Shown piece by piece: positions 1 to 7,294 of a stretch of 16,804 nt of DNA. This DNA is from Nitrospinota bacterium. Lineage in GTDB: Bacteria > UBA8248. Within the stretch, counting starts at the first letter, position 1. The number at the start of each line of letters is the position of its first letter. The stretch covers positions 1 to 16,804 of the forward strand of contig JAYGFR010000026.1 of NCBI GenBank assembly GCA_046581755.1. Direction: 5' to 3'. The notes below the pieces were generated by a model. The model did not search any database. It had not been told where the DNA came from and saw only the letters and a list, made by a program, of their open reading frames with translations. The position numbers and the translations under genes were made by a program.

Positions 1-61
1 CGGCCAAAATGCCCAAGGCCGCGGCAAGCACAAATATCCTACGAATCGATTTTCTGTACAT
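1..61 (-). CDS. 5' end of a gene running off the left edge; N-terminus resembles a Sec signal peptide (secreted/periplasmic protein)
   Basis: Minus strand reads GAAGGAG-acctg-ATG TAC AGA AAA... = MYRKSIRRIFVLAAALGILA: basic n-region then hydrophobic h-region, strong Shine-Dalgarno. Too short for the ORF track. Confidence 0.75.
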   Translation of the reverse strand, partial: MYRKSIRRIFVLAAALGILA

Positions 62-72
62 CAGGTCTCCTT

Positions 73-130
73 CAGGACCAAGGATACCTGGCAGGACCAA
101 GGATACCTGGCAGGACCAAGGATACCTGGC
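73..130. repeat. Perfect tandem repeat, 3 x 19 bp (CAGGACCAAGGATACCTGG)
   Basis: Identical units at 73-91, 92-110 and 111-129 plus one extra C; no spacers; abuts the RBS of the minus-strand gene starting at 61. Confidence 0.97.
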
Positions 131-220
131 GTTGTGGGAAGGACGGATTTCCGCACCACTCTGTCCCGTTAGTGAATAAATACCAATTCCGAATCCTACG
201 CACCCGTCTTGGGAGCGAAT

Positions 221-249
221 ATTGTAGAGGAGAGCGTCGCGCTCATCAA
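221..249 (-). promoter_or_regulatory. Putative sigma70-type promoter for the gene starting at 61
   Basis: Minus strand TTGATG (249-244), 17-nt spacer, TACAAT (226-221). Confidence 0.55.
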
Positions 250-394
250 GGAGTTTGATCGGGCCTAATCCCAACAAAATGAGCCATATTCATGGAACAA
301 CCGGGGACGGAATCTATTCTGTCGCCGGGGGGATATCCTCCTTCGGGCGGATTTCCGCCCCTCCCAATGAGGGAAGGGGGATAAGGTCCGAATT

Positions 395-412
395 AAGGGG
401 GCTATCCCCCTT
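395..412. terminator. Hairpin downstream of the rhodanese gene; possible terminator or mRNA-stabilising stem
   Basis: AAGGGGG-CTAT-CCCCCTT, a 7-bp perfect stem about 30 nt after the TAA at 441; no long U-tract. Confidence 0.35.
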
Positions 413-440
413 GTTGGCAAAAGTGAAAAAATACAACGGT

Positions 441-1280
441 TTATTCGGAATGAACCACGATGGGAACGCCCTCGCGGTTCCCCCATTCGTTCCAAGAACT
501 CATATAATTTCGCACCTTTTCATAGCCGAGAAGCCGGAGGGCCAGATAACCGTGCGCCGCACGGTAGCCGGTCTGTCAGTAGGCCGTAACTTCTTTTTCG
601 GGAGTGACTCCGATGGCCTCGAACAGCTCCCGGAGCTCGGCGGCGGGCTTCATCTCCCCCTCGGGAGTCAGATGTTCAAGCCACTCAAGCCAGACCGCGC
701 CGGGAAGGGCTCCTCCCCGCTTGGCGCGGACATCGGTCCCCAGCCATTCGCCCTCGGTCCGGGTGTCGAGGAAAACATGGTTATCGTCCTCGATGGCGTC
801 GAGAACGTCCTTGTAGGTGGCGAGGCGTTCAAGTTCGAGATTGAAATCGAACGCCACCCCCTGGGGCATCTCCGAGTCCCGGGTGGTCTCGATCCCGGCC
901 CGCTCCCAGGCCCTGTAGCCTCCGTCGAGGATATGAACGTCCTTATGGCCGTACAGTTCGACGAGCCAAAAGCCTCGCACGCAAGTGTTCCCGGTCATGT
1001 CGTCATAAAAGACGATAGTGTTGTCGAACCCCACCCCGCGCTGGCCAAGGAGAAAGGCCCACATCCGGAGGAACGACATCAGCGGGGCCTCGTCCGAATC
1101 GTCGCAGTTGACCCCGTACACATCGTAATGGCGCGCGCCGGGGATATGCCCCATCGTGAAGCGCTCGCCCTTGCGCGTATCGACGATTCGCAGGTTCGGA
1201 TCGCCCATCCGCTCTTTGAGCTGAGCGGGCGTCCATAAAAGGTTTGGGTTTTCGTAGCCTTTCGGGTTCTTGGCGTTCAT
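441..1280 (-). CDS. Tandem-domain rhodanese / sulfurtransferase (TST/MST/SseA-like), selenocysteine at the catalytic position (UGA 576-578), about 279 aa
   Basis: GHIPGA, ILDGG, FLDTR and GALPGA rhodanese motifs. Reading through TGA gives [52 protein letters not shown], restoring the active-site loop and the C-terminal YxxSWxEW signature. RBS GAGGAGG lies 7 nt before ATG 1280. Confidence 0.92.
543..575 (-). promoter_or_regulatory. Candidate bacterial SECIS element
   Basis: Directly 3' of the UGA: CAGA-CCGGCU-ACCGUGC-GGC-GCACGGU-UA-UCUG. Perfect 7-bp upper stem, G-starting apical loop 17 nt after the UGA, and a possible CAGA/UCUG lower stem. Confidence 0.7.
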
Positions 1281-1332
1281 GTGCAAACCTCCTCAAGATC
1301 TCGGGCAGGGCGCCGGACGGCCCCGCCTCGTG

Positions 1333-2079
1333 TCAGTCCGTCCAAAAGCCGCCGTTTACGTCCAGCGCCTCGCCGTTGATGTGGGCGGCCTCCTCGCTGG
1401 CGAGAAACAGGACCGCCGGCCATACGTCCTCGGGCACGGTGAGCCGGCCCAGCGGATGGGCCTTTTCCGCCTTCGATAGCATATCGGGCGGGGACTCGAA
1501 ATGGAGGCCCGTGTCCGCCGGCCCCGGAAGGACGCAATTAACCGTCACCCCGGTTTTGGCAAGCTCGCGGGCCAGGTTGAAGGTCATCGCGAGAAGGCCC
1601 GCCTTCGCCGCCGAATAGTGGATGTTGGGGCCGATGCCCCCCATCTTCCCGGCGATGGAGGAGAAGCTGATGATGCGGCCCGAGGGGGAGGCCTTGAGTG
1701 CCTCGACAGTCTCCTGGATGGCGAAGTAGGGGGCCAGAAGATTGACCCCGAGCACATCCGACCAGTCCTCCTCGGTCAGGCCCAGCGTCTCCCGGATGGG
1801 CATGTAGCCCGCGACATTTAAAAGAACGTCGCACCCGCCGAGCCATTCGAGGGCGCCGCGCATGGTCTGGCGAATATTCGCCACCTTTGTCAGGTCGCAG
1901 GGCGCCTTTTTGAGCCGGTCCGGCGGCCCCTCCAGGGCGTCCAGGCGCTCTCCGGCGCGGTCGGTGGCGAACACCTTCGCTCCCGAATCGAGAAACCCTT
2001 CGAGAATGCGACTCCCGATGTCCCCGGCGGCCCCGGTGAGAATCACTTTCCGCCCGGCGAATTCGAAACGAATGGGCAT
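1333..2079 (-). CDS. Classical short-chain dehydrogenase/reductase (FabG-like SDR)
   Basis: TGAAGDIG (TGxxxGIG variant), NVAG, catalytic S...YSAAK, C-terminal INGEALDVNGG; RBS AGAGGAG upstream. Confidence 0.93.
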   Translation of the reverse strand: MPIRFEFAGRKVILTGAAGDIGSRILEGFLDSGAKVFATDRAGERLDALEGPPDRLKKAPCDLTKVANIRQTMRGALEWLGGCDVLLNVAGYMPIRETLGLTEEDWSDVLGVNLLAPYFAIQETVEALKASPSGRIISFSSIAGKMGGIGPNIHYSAAKAGLLAMTFNLARELAKTGVTVNCVLPGPADTGLHFESPPDMLSKAEKAHPLGRLTVPEDVWPAVLFLASEEAAHINGEALDVNGGFWTD

Positions 2080-2252
2080 TCCTGCGGCTCCTCTGCGGTG
2101 CGGTGTGAAGCTGATCCAGCCGAATGAGTTTGTTCATTAGCCTTAGCATGGCCCCCCGTCCGGCTCAATGCCCGGCGGACTTCGGAGCGGGGGCGGGGAG
2201 GCGGAGCGCCCATTCTTCCCCACCAAATAGAGGAAAGCGGACGATATATGTC

Positions 2253-2281
2253 TTGTTTCGGTATGGGGGGATTGTTAAACT
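2253..2281 (+). promoter_or_regulatory. Putative sigma70 promoter with extended -10 for the molybdoenzyme operon
   Basis: TTGTTT (2253-2258), 17-nt spacer, TAAACT (2276-2281) preceded by TGn; about 60 nt upstream of ATG 2340. Confidence 0.5.
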
Positions 2282-2339
2282 TATCCAAAATTGAAATCGT
2301 ACAGCCCGCTTCACGCCGGGCCTTTCGGATGGAGATATC

Positions 2340-4632
2340 ATGTCAGACCTTGCCTATATCGGGAAAAGCGTACCGCGCGTGGACGCGCCGGAAAAAGTGA
2401 CCGGACGCGCCCTCTACACGATGGACCTCCTGCTTCCCCGGATGCTCACCGGAAAGCTCAAGGCCAGCGAATACCCCCATGCGCTGATCAAGAACATCGA
2501 CACAAGCCGGGCCAAGGCGCTTGCGGGCGTCCTGCTCGTTCTCACGGGAGAGGACATCCCCGAGGACGTGAGGTGGGGGGTCGTTCCCTTCCGCTACGAT
2601 CAGATCCCCCTGGCGCGGGGGAAGGTCCGCTTCATCGGCGAGTCCGTGGCGGCCGTCGTGGCGACCCACGAGGACATCGCCAAAGAGGCGCTGGAGCTGA
2701 TCGAGGTGGAATACGAAGACCTCCCCGCGGTGTTCGACGTCTTCGAGGCCATGCAGGAAGGCGCGCCGATCATCCACGAGGACAGGCCCGACAACATCGC
2801 CTTCACCAAGCACATGGAATTCGGCGAGGTGGACAAGGCCTTCGACGAGGCGCACCACGTCAGCGAAACGACCACCTCCTCCTCTCGTCAGGCCCATTGC
2901 GCGTTTGAGACCCACGTCGCCATTTCCGAATGGTCTCCCGGCGGCGACCTGACCGTCTATAATTCGACCCAGTGCCCGAGCCTGAGCCACCAGTATTTCT
3001 CCAAAGTCCTCAAGATTCCCGAATCCAAAATCCGGGTGATTACCAACTACATCGGCGGCGGCTTCGGCGGGAAGGCGACCAGCAAGTTCAATATCGACTT
3101 CCTCTCCATCATCGCCGCCAAAAAAACGGGCCGGCCCGTCAAGTTCTACTACGACCGCGAGGAAGAGTTTGTCCTCGGCACCTTCCGGACCAACCAGTTT
3201 CACACCACCCGGATCGCCACCGACAAGGACGGGATTATCCTCGCCCGCGAGATGCAGATGACCGTGGACAACGGCGCCTATTCCGACTACGGCCCGGTCG
3301 TCGGCGGCATCACCGCCCACATGGGAGGCAGTCTCTACAACTTCAAGGCCTACCGGCATCACGCCAACGTCGTCTACACGAACAACGTTTACGGCGGCGC
3401 GATGCGGGGGGGTGGGCAACGGCGGCTACTCGTTCGGCACCGAGGTGGCGATGGACAACCACGCCCGCGAGATTGGGATGGACTCGGCCGAGTTCCGGCT
3501 GAAGAATTTCGTCAAGAAGGGCGACACCACCATCATCGGCGCGAAAATCACGAGCTGCGGGATGTCCCAGTGCGTCGAGGAGGCGATCAAGCGAGTCCCT
3601 TGGAAAGAGGAGCGCCAGGAGAAAAACGGAGTCCGCACCGGCTACGGCCTGAGCGCATCGGTCCACTTCACCGGCGCCCGAGCGATGGGACCCGAAACGG
3701 CGGGCGCTTTTATCAAGATGAACAAGGACGGCACCGTCCAGGTCCTCTCGGGCACCATCGAGATGGGCAACGGTTCGAACACGACGCTGGCGCAGATTTG
3801 CGCCGAGACCCTGGGCGTGCGGGTGGAGGATGTCCGAATCCTGAACGGCGACACCGCCGTGAACCCCTACGGATGGGGCGTCCGGGGCAGCCGGACCACC
3901 ACCATCGACGGGCAGGCCACCCGCCTCGCCTCGATCGAGGCAAGGGAGATGCTCTTCCGGGGGGCGGCGGAGCTCCTCGAATGCGACCCGAAGGACCTGG
4001 ACGCCCGGATGGGGAAGATATTCGTCCGGAGCGCTCCGGAGAACGCCGTCACCCACTCCGAAGCCTACATGAAAATCTACGACAAGCAGGGGAGCGAGGC
4101 CGTCTACACCACCGCCAGCTACGACTCCCCGAGCGAGGACCCGGACCCGGTGACGGGCTACGGGAACTGGTCGGCGGCCTACGCCTTCGGCGCCAAGGTG
4201 GCCGAGGTCGAGGTGGACACCGAAACCGGCGCCATCGAGGTCAAGCGGATCGTGTGCGCGAACGATGTCGGGACTGTGGTGAACCCAGCCGGCGCAGTGG
4301 GCCAGATCGAGGGCGGGGCGCTCATGGGGCTGGGATTTGCCCTGATTGAGGATTATCAGGTTGAAAACGGCCAGCCCGTGAATCCCAACCTGCTCGAATA
4401 CAAGTTGCCCACCACCCTGGATATTCCCAAGCTGGAGATCATTCTCGTCGAGACGGAAAACCCGACGGGGCCCTATGGCGCCAAAGGTTTGGGCGAGATG
4501 GCCCAGCTGGGCACCTCGGCGGCCATCTCCAACGCGGTCTACGACGCGGTGGGCGTCCGCGTGAAGAGCCTTCCCGTCACGCCGGAGAAGATTCTGGACG
4601 GGCTCCGGGAAAAAGAGGAGAATGGCGGCTGA
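2340..4632 (+). CDS. Xanthine dehydrogenase family molybdopterin-binding (large) subunit, split by a +1 frameshift in the G7 tract at 3406-3412 (reconstructed about 763 aa)
   Basis: ORF 2340.. carries IGKSVPRVDAPEKVTG, RQAH, GGGFGGK and GAMRG. ORF 3412..4632 carries EMGNG, GSRTT, GQIEGG and AKGLGE (catalytic Glu). Removing one G gives continuous AMRGVGNGG, matching the AFRGFG-type Moco loop. Confidence 0.9.
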
Positions 4633-4664
4633 GCGCGTCGGGCTAAAAACAAGAGGGGAGTCTT

Positions 4665-5534
4665 GTGGCATTCGAATACGTTCCGGTGAAAACCGTTGAG
4701 GACGCCCTTGCGGCGATGAAGAAGTGGGGCGATGAGGGCAAAATCTACGCGGGCGGCGTTGCGCTTTCGATTCTGATGAAATCGAATGTGTTTCAGCCCG
4801 GCGCGCTCATCGACATTTCGGGCGTCGAGGAACTCTCCGGCATCGAGGAAACGGGGACGGGCGGCGTCCGCATCGGGGCGAGAACCCCCCACCGGGAGAT
4901 CGAGACCTCGCCCCTCATCGCCGGGCGCTTCCCGCTTCTGGCCGAGGTGTTCCACAACGTGGCCACCATCCGCATCCGCAACGCCGGAACGATAGGCGGG
5001 AACATCATCTTCGCGGAGCCCGCCTCGGACCCTCCCGCGGCGTTGTTGGTGCTGGAAGCCCGGATGATCGCAAGGAACACCGGCGGCGCCGAGCGCGCGA
5101 TTCCGGCCTCGGAGTTCTGGACTGACTATTATGAAACCGCCCTGGAGGAGGATGAGCTTCTCACCGCGATCGAGATCGATCCGCTTCCGGAGGGAATGCG
5201 CACGGCCTATACGCGGTTCACCACCCGCTCGAAAGAAGACAAACCCTTAATCTCGATTTCGGTGGCCGTGGCGGCCGGGGATGACGGCAAGACCTGCCGC
5301 GAGGCCCGGATCGGGCTGGGCGGGGTCGAGGCGGTATTCAGGCGGCTGAGAGCGGCGGAGGAAGCGCTCCAGGGAAAAGAACTCGCCCGGGAGGCTATCG
5401 ACGAGGCCCTTGCCGGCACGCTCGGCGACCTCGAACCGCTCACCGACATCCGGGCCAGCGATTCCTACCGGCGGCAGGTCACGCCCGTCTTCATCCGGCG
5501 GACCATCGAAAAGGCCGCGCGGCTTATCGGCTAA
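4665..5534 (+). CDS. Xanthine dehydrogenase / CoxM family FAD-binding (medium) subunit
   Basis: FEYVPVKTVEDAL, YAGG, IRNAGTIGGN, EPASD, DIRASDSYR; GTG start after GAGGGGAG, 32 nt after the large subunit. Confidence 0.93.
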   Translation: MAFEYVPVKTVEDALAAMKKWGDEGKIYAGGVALSILMKSNVFQPGALIDISGVEELSGIEETGTGGVRIGARTPHREIETSPLIAGRFPLLAEVFHNVATIRIRNAGTIGGNIIFAEPASDPPAALLVLEARMIARNTGGAERAIPASEFWTDYYETALEEDELLTAIEIDPLPEGMRTAYTRFTTRSKEDKPLISISVAVAAGDDGKTCREARIGLGGVEAVFRRLRAAEEALQGKELAREAIDEALAGTLGDLEPLTDIRASDSYRRQVTPVFIRRTIEKAARLIG

Positions 5535-6219
5535 AGGCCGCTCCCGCCTCCCGCCTTTCGGGCGCCGCCTGATGGGGAGGCATGGAGTTTCGCCTCAACT
5601 CCTCCAGCGCACCGGCGACCTCGCCGGATATGGCCGCCCGCCCGGCTTTTCCCCGCCGCCCGGCAGGATCGATTAACTCGCCCGCGTGAAGAACCATCCG
5701 GGTCCTGTCCGTCAATCCGTCGGGCCAGCTGAACAGGGTGTTTGTCCCTGAGAGATAGATCGGGAGGACGCGCGCCCCGCTCAGCGCGGAAAGGAACCCC
5801 ACTCCTTCCTTAAAACCCTGTTCGGCGATCGAATCGACGATACCCCCCTCGGGAAAAATGGTGAGGGCCTCTCCCTGCCGGAGAAGATTCAACGCCACCC
5901 GGAAGGTCGAGTTGCCCGCTTTTTCCCGGTCCACGGAAAACCCGCCGAAGGCGATGTTCAGCGTCCTCCATATCGGGTTCTCGAAGAGTTCGCTTTTCGC
6001 GATCTGAAAGATGGGGCGGGGGATGAAGGCGCCGAGGATGATGGGATCGAGGTAGCTCCGGTGGGTCGAGGCGATGATGAGCGGCCCCTCGAGCGGAACG
6101 TGTTCGAGCCCCCGGACGTCGCATTCGCCGAAGACCGAGCGGAAGTAGCCCCGCACAAGCGCCTTGAGCCAGGCAGGCTGGCCGTTTTGCGGTAATCTTC
6201 CGGGCGCTTCGCGCGTCAT
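5524..6219 (-). CDS. plsC: Lysophospholipid / 1-acyl-sn-glycerol-3-phosphate acyltransferase (PlsC family)
   Basis: HRSYLD (HxxxxD), AKSELF, FSVDR and IFPEG motifs. Start moved to ATG 6219 (GAGAGGAT-ATG) because the longer ORF overlaps the upstream gene. Overlaps the convergent FAD-subunit gene by 11 nt. Confidence 0.85.
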   Translation of the reverse strand: MTREAPGRLPQNGQPAWLKALVRGYFRSVFGECDVRGLEHVPLEGPLIIASTHRSYLDPIILGAFIPRPIFQIAKSELFENPIWRTLNIAFGGFSVDREKAGNSTFRVALNLLRQGEALTIFPEGGIVDSIAEQGFKEGVGFLSALSGARVLPIYLSGTNTLFSWPDGLTDRTRMVLHAGELIDPAGRRGKAGRAAISGEVAGALEELRRNSMPPHQAAPERREAGAAFSR

Positions 6220-6238
6220 ATCCTCTCGGCTCCGGCGG

Positions 6239-7276
6239 TTATTCGTAGAGCTCGGCCAGCTCCAGCTTGCGGCCTTCCCGGGCCGAGATGGTGATGCCCT
6301 CGACGACGGCGCTGGCGCGCAGGCCGGCGTGGCCGTCCACCTCGGGCGGGCGTCCATCGCGGATAGCGGCGGCGAAATCGGCCAGTTCGTCCACCACCTG
6401 GGCCGAGGCGGGATCGCCCGCCACCTCGTATTCCGTTACGCCGGGCTCATCCACCCCCTTGTGCTGAATCGTCAGGCGCCTGCCCTCGTCCTCGGCGAAG
6501 GCGTTGGCCTCGGTTCCGAAGATGTGGATGTAGAACACTTTCGGGGTGAGCATGTTCGTGCCCAGGTACCCCTGGGCGCCCGACTCGAATTCGAGCAGCG
6601 CGGCCGTCACGTCATCCAGGTTCGTTATCGGGCTCACCGATCGGCTCGAAGCGAAAACGCTCTTGATGGAGCCGAGGAGGTACTGGAGGTTGTCGGCGTG
6701 GTGGATGCCGAGGCCGGTCATGGAGCCGGAGGGGCTTTCTCTCGGATCGGCGCGCCAGTTGGGCGGGGCCACCTTGTCGGCGAATCCGTAGGAAAAATTG
6801 GCTTCGGCCTGGATGGCGTGGCCCAGCGCGCCCGAATCGATGAGGCGCTTGAGCTCGCGGTGAGCGGGCTGGTAGCGCCGCTGATGGCCGACACCGAGGC
6901 GCACGCCTGCCCGCTCGCAGGCGGCGATGGCGCGCTGGCCGTCGGGCACATGGAGAACGAAGGGTTTTTCGACGAACACGTGTTTTCCGGCCGAGGCGGC
7001 CTCCTCGACCATGCGGGCATGGGCCGAGTGGGGAATGGCCAGGATGATGGCGTCGGTTTCGCTGTCTCGAAGCGCCTCCGCCCAGCTATCCAGCGGGCGG
7101 CAGCCATGCTCTGCCGAGAACGCATCTCGCGTTTGACGCGTTCTGGCGAAACAGGCGGTCAACTCCAGCCCATCGGTTTTTTTGGCCGATTGGGCTAACA
7201 CGCCGCCCCACCAGCCGAGGCCGACCAGGCAGACGCGCACCGTTTTTCCGGAATTCATTGTGTCGTATTCCCCCAT
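6239..7276 (-). CDS. Gfo/Idh/MocA family NAD(P)-dependent oxidoreductase
   Basis: VGLGWWG Rossmann motif, GKHVFVEKP, VGHQRRY, GIHHAD; alternative start ATG 7258. Confidence 0.92.
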   Translation of the reverse strand: MGEYDTMNSGKTVRVCLVGLGWWGGVLAQSAKKTDGLELTACFARTRQTRDAFSAEHGCRPLDSWAEALRDSETDAIILAIPHSAHARMVEEAASAGKHVFVEKPFVLHVPDGQRAIAACERAGVRLGVGHQRRYQPAHRELKRLIDSGALGHAIQAEANFSYGFADKVAPPNWRADPRESPSGSMTGLGIHHADNLQYLLGSIKSVFASSRSVSPITNLDDVTAALLEFESGAQGYLGTNMLTPKVFYIHIFGTEANAFAEDEGRRLTIQHKGVDEPGVTEYEVAGDPASAQVVDELADFAAAIRDGRPPEVDGHAGLRASAVVEGITISAREGRKLELAELYE

Positions 7277-7294
7277 AGGCCGAGGTGGACCTTC

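Noticed and set aside
73..130. CRISPR array
   Set aside because: Units are directly adjacent with no spacers, only 19 bp long, and no cas genes are present.
576..578. Genome-wide UGA reassignment (code 4 or 25) as the explanation for the in-frame TGA
   Set aside because: TGA ends other genes at their expected C-termini (1333, 4630, 10575, 11579), Trp is encoded by TGG, and the aligned residue is Cys rather than Trp or Gly.
255..1238. 327-aa plus-strand ORF
   Set aside because: Antisense shadow of the rhodanese gene; no recognisable motifs.
3413..4349. Arg/Gly-rich C-terminal part of ORF 2340..4349 as a real domain
   Set aside because: Out-of-frame translation after the G7 slip; the real sequence is in ORF 3412..4632.
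2343..4671. Long minus-strand ORFs 2343..3419 and 3343..4671
   Set aside because: Antisense shadows of the molybdoenzyme large subunit, typical of high-GC coding DNA.
2340..5534. Aerobic CO dehydrogenase (coxL/coxM) or 4-hydroxybenzoyl-CoA reductase
   Set aside because: No AYxCSFR or AYRGAGR loop in the large subunit and no 4Fe-4S Cys insert in the FAD subunit, so no gene symbol was assigned.
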